Shown here one piece after another: positions 41,083 to 52,739 of a stretch of DNA of 64,000 nucleotides. Under the pieces are notes generated by a model, which was not told the DNA's origin, did no database searches, and saw nothing but the letters and a program-made list of their open reading frames with translations. The position numbers were made by a program, and so were the translations under genes. The stretch lies in NCBI GenBank assembly GCA_964016885.1, contig OZ024742.1, positions 90,334,001 to 90,398,000 of the forward strand. Direction: 5' to 3'. The DNA comes from Eledone cirrhosa. Lineage: Eukaryota. Position 1 is the stretch's first letter. Every line of letters starts with the position of its first letter.

Positions 41083-41161
41083 GATACCCGCAGAAGAGCA
41101 CAGGAATGGTAACTTTCACTTAATAATTGTTGTGAAACAGATATAGATCTGTCCGGGTATC
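41083..41161 (+). ncRNA. Type I hammerhead motif, CAGAAGA (U4A) core
   Basis: gatacccg-CAGAAGA-gca..tgt-GAA-acagat-atag-atctgt-C-cgggtatc; 8-bp stem I, 6-bp stem III. Confidence 0.75.
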
Positions 41162-41616
41162 AAACGGCGATTACCCAATATAGGTTTGTTATTTTTATTG
41201 ATTTATTACTTTAAATCGAGACAAGCAAACCATATTGTTTTAAATTAGTATTTTTCAACCTAGCTAACTTGGTCATTTACAATTCGAACACATGTATAGT
41301 TGTATTGGTGTTCATCCCTCTCATATATTCAATTGTATTACAGGGCTCCGAAAGATTTCCTTCCTTCAGCTATTTAATTGTAAAAGACTATTTTGAGTTT
41401 CTAACTCAATATACTCTCGGCTCCATACGTAGAGCTAACTTTAGTCCCATAAAACCGGCTGCTATTTTTAGCGGCACGAGTATGAGACACGTTAGGCACT
41501 GTAACATGTGCGTTTACCAACACATAGTTTCAGTCTTAAATTATTTGAAGTGAAAATTTCCTAACACATAGTTGAGTCTCCTTAAATCCTTTGAAGTGAA
41601 AAGTACGAATTTCCTG

Positions 41617-41695
41617 GATACCTGCAGAAGAGCACAGGAATGGTAACTTTCACTTAATAATTGTTGCGAAACAGATTTAGATCTGTCCGGGTATC
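41617..41695 (+). ncRNA. Second copy of the CAGAAGA hammerhead motif
   Basis: gatacctg-CAGAAGA-gca..tgc-GAA-acagat-ttag-atctgt-C-cgggtatc. Confidence 0.75.
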
Positions 41696-41923
41696 AAACG
41701 GCGATTGCCCATATAGGTTTGTTATTTTTATTGATTTATTACTTTAAATCGAGACAGGCAAACCATATTGTTTTAAATTAGTATTTTTCAACCTAGCTAA
41801 TTTGGTCATTTACTATTCGAACCCATGCATACTTGTATTGGTGTTCATCCCTCTCATTCTGTATTTTATTTACTTTATTCTTAACTCTGAAGCCAAGAAT
41901 CATTCGGTTTCCTAGTTAGAATT

Positions 41924-42195
41924 TTAGTCTACGACTTCAGTTATACCATTTACATGGTTTTGTCTTTGCGTGCAATTGTTCTCCTCGCTCCACATATGAC
42001 GTATTATCTTCTTTTTTTCCCTTCATTGCCAGAGAACGTCTCTATGAACCACCTAATAGAATATTAGTCTACGACTTCTTTTATACCATAAACGTGGTTC
42101 TGTCTTTGCGTGTAATTGTTTTTCATCGCTCCAAATAATGACGTATTATATTCGTTTTTTTCCCGTTCTCTGCCAGGGAACGTTTCCACGAACCA
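41924..42195 (+). repeat. Diverged ~141-bp tandem duplication
   Basis: ttagtctacgacttc at ~41924 and ~42065 with collinear downstream similarity. Confidence 0.75.
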
Positions 42196-42348
42196 AAGTA
42201 TCGCTTTTCTGTCTTCCTCTGGTTGCAACGTTTTTGTAAATATTCACCGCTGCGTTCACAGATTGACTTTGTTAGTTTCAGAAGATCCCGTTAAGGGTGA
42301 AAGCAGCGATTCTTTGCTTAAACTTTAATCTGTTATTTTAATAAATAA

Positions 42349-42399
<51 letters not shown>

Positions 42400-42494
42400 A
42401 GTGGAAGTTAGTAAAATCGAAGTTGCGGCGGTCGGCCACCACCCACGAAAATACAATTCGGAGCTTGCACGAAGCACTCAATACGAATGAATCG

Positions 42495-42530
<36 letters not shown>

Positions 42531-42794
42531 ACACACACATACACACACACACATAACACCCACACAACTCCCTCCCCCATTTCTACTAATAGAATCATCT
42601 TCCTACACACACAGACACGCGCGCACGCACAAACACACACACACACAGACACACAAGCGCACAAATAAACATACATATCTCTACTTTCTTTATTTCAATA
42701 GAAAGTCTGAATACTGACACCCCAGCGAACCAGCCATATTCACTGAACCAGAACAAATCTCCCCTTTCCATTTCTCTTGACCATTATCTTTTGT

Positions 42795-42897
42795 CGCCGA
42801 GGTTAACTTTGCCTTTCATCCTTACGGGGTCGATAAAATAAAGTACCAGTAATGTACTGGATAATTGCTGGCCTTGTGCCAAAAGTAGAAACAATTA
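42795..42897 (+). mobile_element. 5'-truncated SINE
   Basis: TSD attatcttttgt at 42783-42794 and 42894-42905. Confidence 0.85.
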
Positions 42898-43189
42898 TCT
42901 TTTGTTTGGTACAAAATTCTCTAAAAGGCTACAAAATAAATTCCCAAATACGGGCGCGAAATTTAATAAACTTGTTCACGTGACAACCATAATTTCATTT
43001 ATAACCAATCAAATTACATTTTTTAAAAAAAGCCTTTGTGAGCCACTTTTTTTAAGTATAAAGAAATTCAAACACAAACTGGCGCGAAAACTGATGTGCT
43101 TATTCACGTGACTGCATCAACCAACCAAACTTCACTCATATATGAAAAAACAACCTGAGCCCCCCCCCCCTTGTATGAAGAACTTTGTA

Positions 43190-43760
43190 ACGCGAACTGG
43201 CGCGAAATGTAGTATACATATTCACCAACCAATCAAATTACTTCTCTAAAAACCTATCATTTCGAGCCGCTTTTTTCCATATAAAACAAGTAACATTCAA
43301 AGACCAACCAGATGTGAGAAAAACCACAGACCCTCCATCTCAACACTACTTTTGAAGAGCAGAGGAGCTGTGAAACCGGTGAAGAAACCAAATAAATACA
43401 TATATTTCTTTTTAAAAACACTCCAGTTGCATTTTCGATTTCATCTGTTTTGCCTATATATGTATATATAAAGAAAAAAAGATGAAATCGAAAATGCAAC
43501 TGGAGTTTTATTTTTTTTTAAATATATATATTTATTTGGTTCCTTTACCGGTTTCGCAGTTCTTCTGATTTTCAAAAGTAGAGTTGAGATGAGAAAAACT
43601 ACAGACCCTCCATCTCACCTCTACTTTTGAAAAGCAGAAGAACTGCGAAACCGGTAAAGGAACCAAATAAATATATATATATTTTTTTAAATAAGACCCC
43701 AGTTGCATTTTCGATTTCATCTTTTTTTTCTTTATATATATATATATATTTATATATGCA
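43190..43760. repeat. Three alternating-orientation copies of the ACCGGT HHR family (43349-43384 plus, 43543-43578 minus, 43624-43659 plus)
   Basis: Best copy: ctt-TTGAAAA-gcag-aagaa-ctgc-GAAAC-CG-GTA-aag; palindrome 43470-43733. Confidence 0.78.
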
Positions 43761-43893
43761 CACATTTCGATTTCATCTATGATTGCAGTTCCTCAGTGAA
43801 ATAAGAACCCAACCAGGAACTGGGCATATCGGAGTATTGACAAAGTTATACACCTCAACAACATGTGTACTCGTTTCTACCACACTAATTCAG

Positions 43894-43948
43894 ACTGCCT
43901 GAAGAGGTCACAGCCAAAGATGGCTGTCACCGAAATATATATAGCAGT
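43894..43948 (+). ncRNA. Type I minimal hammerhead ribozyme, canonical core
   Basis: actgc-CTGAAGA-ggt-c-acagcca-aaga-tggctgt-c-acc-GAAA-tatata-TA-gcagt, then AATAAA. Confidence 0.85.
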
Positions 43949-44787
43949 AATAAACGAAGCCAAATTTTAAAAATTTGACTTATTTATTTTACTTTATTTT
44001 ATATATATATATATATATTTCGTTTCTGAATTTGTTTAGCAAGATTCTTTATCTGAAATCGTGTGTTGAAACCGATATTGTTATACTTTGGGAGGGTCAT
44101 GTTGCCAATAAGAAACACACGCACCAGTTGCTTTCACTTCAATTTATTATATATTTATAAATTTATAAATTTACAAATCTACAAACTTATAAATTTCTGG
44201 TTGGTTGGTTCCACAACCAGATAGTTGTTTATATATAGTCATAGTCCTTTCGTCACACACTCTGTGACCTCTTCAGTGACTGGGGATTCCTTTCTTTGTT
44301 TCTGTGCCTTTCCTTTCTTCTATCCTACACCATTTTGTTTCTGTGTGTGTGTTGTGTGCTCAGTTTGCGCATGCGCCACATCCGGGTGTCTGTGTGTGTT
44401 TGTGTTCATTTATCTATTTGTTTATTTATTGTTGGCTGGTTGTTTGTTCTATGTGTGTGTGTGTTTTCATTTTGTCCTTAATTGTAAGTTGTGATGTTGC
44501 TGTTCCACTCATATTTTCGAGTTAATTTTGGTTGTAATTCTTTTATGCTTACTGCCTCTGTAATTTGCCTAAACATTGCATCTTTTCTGTGTGTGGATTC
44601 TATTTTTATTTCTATGTTCTCTAATCTACCCCTGTGTTCTATCTTAGCATGTTGGTAGAGCACAGATGATTCTTTATTATCTTGAAAGTCTCGCCAGTGT
44701 TCATTTATTCGTTCCCCTATACTACTCCTCAGCAGAATCGGCGCGAGTAACCGATCTGGGGACCTAACAAACTGCATAATAGGCAGT

Positions 44788-46443
44788 ATGGATGTTGTGT
44801 CCCTGTATCCATCTATTGACGTGGATTTTGCTGTGGAGAAATGCGTAGAAATGATCAACGAGAGCAAGGTTGAGTTCTGTGGGATTGATACCAGTGAGCT
44901 GGGACTTCTACTTAAGCTTACCCATAGTAATAGTTGCCTAGACACTTATGACCTTAGCAACCTGTGCCCTACAAGACCAGCAAGAGGCAGACCACCTACC
45001 ATTACCTCAATGGCCAAGAAAACCCACACAGATAGATGGAACGGATGGACCAGAGCCATACGGACACCCGAAAACCACGATGAACTGAAGAAAATGATTG
45101 CACATGCGGTAGGGGCCAGCATAAAATTAACCCTTAAGGAACATATGTTCAAATTTAATGGTAAAACATATGCCCAAGAGGAAGGAGAAGCCATTGGTGT
45201 TAGCATTGCAGGCGACATAGCTAACTTATTCATGGTATGGTGGGACAGTAGACTTAAACAAAAACTTAAAGAACAATTAGAAGACAGCTTAACCCTGATA
45301 ATGTACTCCCGCTACGTAGATGATATAAACATCGTAGTTAAGACACCCCCACTAAAGAACAGTCAGGAACTAGAGAAAAAGACAATGGAAAGCATCCAGC
45401 AAATAGCAAACTCCATCCACCAGAGCATTAGAGTTACTATACACTACCCAAGTAGACACCCCAACCATCGATTACCTGTACTAGACACAGAGCTCTGGTT
45501 AGATACCATTAACAACCAAAAACAAATCCTCCATTCCCATTATGCCAAACCCATGACTTCCAAACATCTGATCCACCGAAACTCGGCCATTTCGGACCAT
45601 ACCAAAATCAACATACTGATTGCGGATTTGGTACGGGTGATGAGAAATGTGTCCCGCATGTGCAACCCCGAAGAACTAGAGAGACACATACAACACTTCA
45701 TCCACCGTATGCAGTTCTCTGGGTACAATCAGAGAGATAGAATCAGAGTGTATAGAGGAGCCAGAACCAAATGGGAAAAAATGGTAAATAATGACATAAA
45801 TGGGACCTGCCCCTTGTATAGGAGCAAATTTTGGAATAGAATAGAAAGAACTAGGAACAAGGCTAATAGAATAAACTCATGGTATGATAGCAATAAATAC
45901 CAGAGTGTAATGTTCATCAATACAACCCCTAGAGGCGAACTAGCCTACAAATTTAGAAGGGCCCTAAATAAACATAAACTCAATATTAAGATAGTAGAAA
46001 GACCAGGTACCTCCGTAAAAACACTTATTAGCAAGACATACCCGTTCCAAAGACCCTCATGTATAGATAAGAAATGTATAACCTGTAAAATAAGCCCCCA
46101 TATTAACTGTAAAACTAGAAATGTAGTGTATAGCATAAGATGTACTGAAGGACAATGTAGAAACAAAAATATAGTGTACATAGGTGAGACAGCTCGTAGT
46201 ATAGGGGAACGAATAAATGAACACTGGCGAGACCTTCAAGATAATAAAGAATCATCTGTGCTCTACCAACATCCTAAGATAGAACACAGGGGTAGATTAG
46301 AGAACATAGAAATAAAAATAGAATCCACACACAGAAAAGATGCAATGTTTAGGCAAATTACAGAGGCAGTAAGCATAAAAGAATTACAACCAAAATTAAA
46401 TCGAAAATATGAGTGGAACAGCAACATCACAACTTACAATTAA
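44788..46443 (+). CDS. Truncated PLE RT (from the DVVSLYPSI motif) + GIY-YIG, open 551 aa
   Basis: Nearly identical to the C-terminal part of 20156..22663. Confidence 0.88.
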   Translation: MDVVSLYPSIDVDFAVEKCVEMINESKVEFCGIDTSELGLLLKLTHSNSCLDTYDLSNLCPTRPARGRPPTITSMAKKTHTDRWNGWTRAIRTPENHDELKKMIAHAVGASIKLTLKEHMFKFNGKTYAQEEGEAIGVSIAGDIANLFMVWWDSRLKQKLKEQLEDSLTLIMYSRYVDDINIVVKTPPLKNSQELEKKTMESIQQIANSIHQSIRVTIHYPSRHPNHRLPVLDTELWLDTINNQKQILHSHYAKPMTSKHLIHRNSAISDHTKINILIADLVRVMRNVSRMCNPEELERHIQHFIHRMQFSGYNQRDRIRVYRGARTKWEKMVNNDINGTCPLYRSKFWNRIERTRNKANRINSWYDSNKYQSVMFINTTPRGELAYKFRRALNKHKLNIKIVERPGTSVKTLISKTYPFQRPSCIDKKCITCKISPHINCKTRNVVYSIRCTEGQCRNKNIVYIGETARSIGERINEHWRDLQDNKESSVLYQHPKIEHRGRLENIEIKIESTHRKDAMFRQITEAVSIKELQPKLNRKYEWNSNITTYN

Positions 46444-46639
46444 GGACAAAATGAAAACACACACACACATAGAACAAACAACCAACCAACAATAAATAAA
46501 CAAATAGATAAATGAACACAAACACACACAGACACCCGGATGTGGCTCATGCGCAAACTGAGCACACAACACACACACAGAAACAAAATGGCGTAGGATA
46601 GAAGAAAGGAAAGCCACAGAAACAAAGAAAGGAATCCCC

Positions 46640-46684
46640 AGTCACTGAAGAGGTCACAGAGTGTGTGACGAAAGGACTATGACT
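46640..46684 (+). ncRNA. Minimal HHR in PLE pLTR
   Basis: agtca-CTGAAGA-g-gtcac-agagtgt-gtgac-GAAAG-ga-CTA-tgact. Confidence 0.8.
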
Positions 46685-46831
46685 ATATATAAACAACTAT
46701 CTGGTTGTGGAACCAACCAACCAACCAGAAATTTATAAATTTATAAATTTATTATAAATTTATTATAATAAATTGAAGTGAAACAACTGGTGCGTGTGTT
46801 TCTTATTGGCAACATGACCCTCCCAAAGTAT

Positions 46832-46892
<61 letters not shown>

Positions 46893-46897
<5 letters not shown>

Positions 46898-47393
46898 GGA
46901 AAAGAATGAAGCGAAATTTCATTTCTCACTCTTAGTACGGCTGATACTTAAATGTAAGTATGTATACGTACAGACATACAGTAGCATGTATATATATACA
47001 TACATGTACATATATATATATAAGCACGTATGGGTTTACCGAACATATATTATAATGTTCGGTTTGTTTGTACACAAACACCCTGAATTACGCCGTACAG
47101 TGTTCTGAAACCATCGTCACCTTTTTGTTCAACACTGACACAGGAACGATGTACTAGTTTCAAGCTTATTAGCTATCGTCAGCATCGTATACCTTCCTGT
47201 CAGATGATTGAACGTTTGAAAGTATATACTTTCCTTATGCATATTAACGGCTGAGCAGCCTAATTTGCATATCAAGTGAGTTATAATAAAAATTCGGTAA
47301 ACCCATACGGGCATATATATATGTGTACATATATGTATATATAAACATACTACTGTATGTCTGTATACATATATGTATGTAGGTATACATACT

Positions 47394-47397
<4 letters not shown>
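46893..47397 (-). repeat. 429-bp-family monomer with short inverted end; HHR at 47146-47188
   Basis: acgatg-CTGACGA-tagctaataagctt-GAAAC-TA-GTA-catcgt (perfect 6-bp stem I); 47282-47397 inverts ~46953-47055. Confidence 0.82.
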
Positions 47398-47441
<44 letters not shown>

Positions 47442-47623
47442 TTTGGTTTTGACTGACTAATCACTCGGATGAACAGATTGGGGCTGGTGTCGTGTCTATA
47501 ACACTGATACGTCTCCTGAACCTCCCTCGTGTAAAACATTCGTAACTGAGCTGAATCAACAAAACCTAAATGGGAAACCGGGTATTGTTTTTAATATACA
47601 CCACACACACACACACACACACG

Positions 47624-47690
<67 letters not shown>

Positions 47691-47695
<5 letters not shown>

Positions 47696-48071
47696 TATTG
47701 GTGCTCTGTAATAGCGACGTATACATGAATGTATGTATAGTATATTTGGCAATATACCGTGTTTAATTAAAAATATTTAGAAGACCATTCGCACTCAGTT
47801 TTAAAGTAGTGACTACGTCACTTACTTATTTTTTCGGCAAAGGCTAGGAGAATGGCCGACAGCTGTTTCTCGCTGCTTGGCGTTTATCAAAGCCTCACAC
47901 TCACCCGCCTTTGTCGAAAATTACAGAAGCTGGATTCTTATAGAATTCCAGTAATATTCAGGAGCTGATTATACAGAGCGATTGCCGGTCCAGCAAAATT
48001 TAGCTATTAGTATTGGTGCTCTGAAATAGCGATGTATACATGAATGTATGTATAGTATATTTGGCAATATA
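47691..48071 (-). repeat. 315-bp retrozyme-like monomer with ~65-bp direct repeat; HHR at 47854-47894
   Basis: attagtattggtgctctg at 47691 and 48006; minus strand ggct-TTGATAA-a-cgc..gcg-a-GAAAC-AGCT-GTC-ggcc. Confidence 0.75.
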
Positions 48072-48259
48072 GAAACATATACTTACACACACACACACTC
48101 AAAGCAAGCCTTCCCAATCCTGCACTCTAGTTCTTTGTCCATATTTGATATGATTGGATACAATGGAGCCATGATAGGTGAAGGAGAAAACAGTTTTCAA
48201 GCTTTTCCATCAACATAAACAGTAGGAACAAAAGTGAAAGGGAGGATGGCCAATACACT

Positions 48260-48485
48260 TGTTGACCTCTTTTCGCATCTGCATCTTCGATGCTCCCGCG
48301 GACAGTCTGACGCCAGGCATCGCGGTCTCCAGCCTGCATCTTTGTTGCAGGCTTCTATGTCTCTCTTGCATAAGTCCATGAAACGGAACGATGGGCGACA
48401 CATTTGTCAGATGCAGGTGGCCAGCTCTCCGTATAGGGGGTGTTTTGGCAACCTCCCATCCTCCATACGCTGAATATGTCCTAGG
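48260..48485 (-). mobile_element. RTE-clade LINE 3' fragment
   Basis: GRLPK..LYGELA, RP..RF.DLCKRD, A.DR.AWR motifs. Confidence 0.65.
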
Positions 48486-48660
48486 CAAGGTTGTAAAAGA
48501 AAAGAAATTGTTATCCCTTGAATAGCAAGAATGTTTTGCAAATTTTGATGCGCCAGCTATCTCAGCCATTTGTAGTCTACGAATTAGGAAGCTGCGTTCT
48601 TTGTCCACAAATCCAAGTTCAGTGGTCCAAGTGGGTTGGTATATAACCTGTTGCTCCAAT

Positions 48661-48846
48661 AATTGTTTCTACTTTTTTGGCACAAGGAAATTAACCAGTG
48701 CATTACTGGTACTTTATTTTATCGACCCCATAAGGATGAAAGGCAAAGTTAACCTCAGCTGGATTTGAACTCAGATCATAAAGGGCCGTCATTCTTTGCT
48801 GCAAAGCATGGCGTCCGACCTTCTACCGATACTGCCAATCCACCGC
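48661..48846 (-). mobile_element. SINE copy
   Basis: TSD ctgttgctccaataat at 48648-48663 and 48846-48861. Confidence 0.88.
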
Positions 48847-49792
48847 TGTTGCTCCAATAATGATGAGTATGAAGTTGAAGGTGTATCTTGGAAACTGGAT
48901 CTGCAAACTCCTCACCAATGGTCTGTAGATGTCCTTCTTCTCTTGTATTTTTCTTACAACGTTGACATCAAGTGGGAAGCTGATCTCTACAACAGAGAAC
49001 GTTTTAAATGTGTGACCCCAACAACAATACCAGGCCGGATGTGCTTTAATTTAGTGGCAGTTTTTATTTTCAGGTTCCACCAGTATTCTTTAGTGCCATC
49101 TATGTATGTATAGTCGGGTCGTCGGCGACTAAAGCGGCAACCCCACCAAACTCGCTTGGTGAGGAGGGTGATTTGGGACACACTGCGGGATGATAAACAA
49201 AACCCGTCAAAGGGCGGAGAAACTAAGGAGAGAAAATGGCCTTTGAAAGTATTTTTTTTATGTGGAGCCAGTGACTCCTAGTATTCATTAAGACATATCT
49301 CTATGAGAAGGTAACTCTTCTATAAAACCTGCGACTTCATTTAGTTACGCAATGGGGTCGTAGTCGCTGCACATAATAATAAATATTGTTTAATGTTTAT
49401 TATTATACAGTAACTGCATAATATGACGGTTGTGGCTTGAAAACGTCTGTCACTCCCATACTCATATTTATTTGGGTTTACGGTGTAGAGTCAGGAATAT
49501 AAATGATGTCTGAAGTAGGGATTATGGAGGATATCTGGTTCTCGTATAGACATTTAGTTTTTAGTTGGTTTTGTTTTAATGAGTATATTAGTTATGAGTT
49601 TAGCATTCGATAGTCTTATCCACTGGGTGTTTTGTTTATTGCTGGCTTTGTAAACAGATTGTATTTATTACGTATAGGGACATTCAGTGATTATTTTGTG
49701 CTTATTCTAGGTGTATATATGTTCATATTTATGTATTGTGTGGTTCTATTTGCTTATACATATAGCAACAGTAGTGTGAAGGCTCTGGATTG

Positions 49793-49863
<71 letters not shown>

Positions 49864-50109
49864 TATTCCAATCCAAGGCCTCCACACTCCTATTGGAGAA
49901 ACCCACCTGGTTGATCTACAGAAAAGCAGATGCATGTAGATAAATGGCAAATTGAATGAAATAGAATGTTTTTGGCTTATGGAGCACATGGCCGTAGGCT
50001 GTTTTGTGCGAGTATTGGATAAACAATAGTATAATAGTGGTAAGATGTTGTAATATATGGAGAGAGAATCAGACAGTAAAACTATTTTAAAACCCATAAT
50101 AGTAATTTA

Positions 50110-50170
50110 ATAATTGTTTCTACTTTAGGCACAAGGCCAGCAATTACCCAGTGCATTACTGGTACTTTAT
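50110..50170 (-). mobile_element. 5'-truncated SINE
   Basis: 3' ~60 bp only; TSD ataatagtaatttaataat at 50096-50114 and 50169-50187. Confidence 0.82.
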
Positions 50171-50858
50171 AATAGTAATTTAATAATGTTTGCATTAATA
50201 CACGTGCAACAGGTAAGCCCAATTGTTAATCATGTTACTCGTTCGGACATAACAGAAAGTCTGAAGCCGAAAAACAAGTCACTATGATAGCTAACGGCCT
50301 TCGTATTTATACTGAATGCGGAAAATTCAAGAAGAAAAAAAAATGAACACATTGTTAAGTCATAGAGGCGGTGTATTTGGGCACAAACAATCTATTACGG
50401 CGTGTTTAAGTAGCATTATGTTACATAATAATTCTAAGGAATGTATCGGGATTTAAAGCTATTTGAAGTAACTCCAGTATATACGTTGTTATTAGTCGAT
50501 ATAGAGATAATACATTGATTAAATATGTTTTCCGTTAGGCAATTACCGTTAAGAGGGCTGGTCGAAGGGTTTTTACAGTTACAGTTTCTGCTCGTTATAT
50601 CATTACTAATAGGGTTAGAATATTAACGATAGACCATTGTATGAAGTTTATCCATATCAGCATTATGGTGAACTAGGTGTCTGGTACCATTTGATATGCT
50701 TGGATTATTACTATTCATGGAATTACTATCATATTTCTTTACTTGCATATTATTGATAGATGTTAGATAGCTAGATTCGGAACGGAAGTATTCATATTAA
50801 GTAGCGTATTGTAACAGTTTGCAAGAGGTACATTTTCTCGGGATTATTAAAAAATTAT

Positions 50859-51049
50859 GGGCGGTGGATTGGCAGTATCGGTAGAAGGTCGGACGCCATG
50901 CTTTCCAGCATAGTTACGTCCCTTTACGATCTGAGTTCAAATCCCGCCGAAGTTGACTTTGCCTTTCATCCTTACGGGGTCGATAAAATAAAGTACCAGT
51001 AATGCACTGGGTAATTGCTGGCCTTGTGCCTAAAGTAGAAACAATTATT
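50859..51049 (+). mobile_element. SINE copy (full length)
   Basis: TSD attattaaaaaattatg at 50843-50859 and 51044-51060. Confidence 0.9.
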
Positions 51050-51334
51050 AAAAAATTATGTTGGTATATTAAAGTGGGTTAAACTATGTAGTGGATTGCC
51101 TGCGAGTAGATGTTATACTTCCCAGCTGTGGGTATCCGGTTTCAGTTGATGATAGCTATCGTTTAGGGTATAAGGTTTCCATCTATACTTACCTGTATAA
51201 GAATTGTTAATCTTATGTTTAAAAGGGTCAACTGATGCATTATTTTGGAGGTTTTGATCACAAGGTAGATAATTTGATTTGGAATTTAAGTCAGGATGTA
51301 TCAGTTTTAAGATCATTATGGTAGGTGTTTTCTT

Positions 51335-51740
51335 TTATGTCCGAGTAAGTAACATGATTAACAATTGAAATGAGCTTAACTGTTGTAGATGTATTAATAC
51401 AAACATTATTAAATTACTATTTTAGGTTTTAATAGTCTAACTGTTTGATTCTCTCTCCATGTATTACAAAATGTAACCACTATTGATTACATGTATATAC
51501 TAATTTCTCACTCGTGGTGGTAATGTTGTCCCGGTTTCCACATTTGATGATGTTTTTGCGGAAGGAAGAGGAGTTGGTGTTAACATGCTCTTTAATACGG
51601 AGTTGTAACGGTCGAATAGTGCTGCCTATGTAAAATAGATTGCACTTGTTACATTCTAGCCTGTATACTACGTAGGTATGTAAGTAAGCAACAATTAGTG
51701 TTGCGGATAGGGCAATTGGCTAGGGTGCATCCGTTATCCT
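51335..51740 (-). pseudogene. PLE GIY-YIG fragment, partly duplicated in inverted orientation at ~50030-50252
   Basis: Minus-strand translation VVYRLECNKCNLFYIGSTIRPLQLRIKEH (~51585-51675); not in the ORF track. Confidence 0.7.
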
Positions 51741-52739
51741 CGTTGGGGAGTTGTCTTGTGTTACTTTCGAGGCTCCCACAGAGTTCTGAGTTCTTCACCC
51801 TCAGTGTATACTATAAATGTTAACTGGTTTCTCAGTCTATGTAAATCCGTTTTGTGAAGATAGAAGGTTAAATTATTGTTATGCGAGTCGTTTCATATTG
51901 CAATTTTCTTTAGCTTATTTTATTCATTTTATTAAATCACAAGAATTCACGTTTCAAAATTTTGTTCTCATCAACGAGCCTAACAACAATAGATATATTA
52001 TTTTTCTTTTGGAAGACTCATTTTTTAAGAAGAAAGAAATAATTGAAAATTGGGAAAAGAAAAGTAGAACCTTAAATTCACAAAATCGTGGCATCAAGAG
52101 ATGAACACTAATCAATATACTTACAATATTTTGTTTTGTATTTATACAATAGATAGAGAATGTTCAATAGATTTACTTCCCTCGCCATTAATGTATGGCG
52201 GGTATGTTGATTTTATGAATTCAGGTGTTCGATAACAAAAAAGTTAATTTCAATCAATAACCAATTAATGCATAATCCACTATTTTCTTTATTGCAATGC
52301 TCGTATCAACTTCTGTATCTCCAAGTCGGGCGCAAAATACATCTCTTGCTTCAGACTCGCATTTATCACTAAGACTTTCCGCATGTAAAGCAATCGTTAA
52401 CCTAGAGGGAAGCGATCAAAATAGTGCTGGGAGTTGAATAATTTCAGAAAATTAAATTTAACTGGTCGGTCTGCTATACGACCGTACATACTCTCTTGTC
52501 CTAGAATTACCTGCCCCAATTCCATATTTTCTGAAATTCACTGATGTATATTTCCAACTCCCATCTTCCTTCTCATTTCTTCCCACATAATTTTATATTC
52601 AACTTTCATTTTCACATAAAATATTACATTACTTTTTTACATTTTCATTTCCGTCATCTGATATACCTTCCATATCTTGCTCTTGTCTACTACTGGAGAC
52701 AAAACACATTATTTAAACACTTTCCTTTTCTATCATAAA

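Larger units (their letters stand above)
40773..41856 (+). repeat. Retrozyme-like tandem dimer (~490-530-bp unit) with ~245-bp 5' palindrome
   Basis: 40773-41017 palindrome centred on tcga-aatag-tcga; ~40900-41322 repeated at ~41395-41856. Confidence 0.85.
44077..46836 (+). mobile_element. PLE copy, 5'-truncated, with inverted ~650-bp pLTR (same family as 19779-24722)
   Basis: 44077-44725 is the reverse complement of 46196-46836; HHRs at 44237-44281(-) and 46640-46684(+). Confidence 0.93.

Noticed and set aside
42279-42315. CAGAAGA-t-ccc..ggg-t-GAAA motif
   Set aside because: Stem II present but no stem III/UH or stem I
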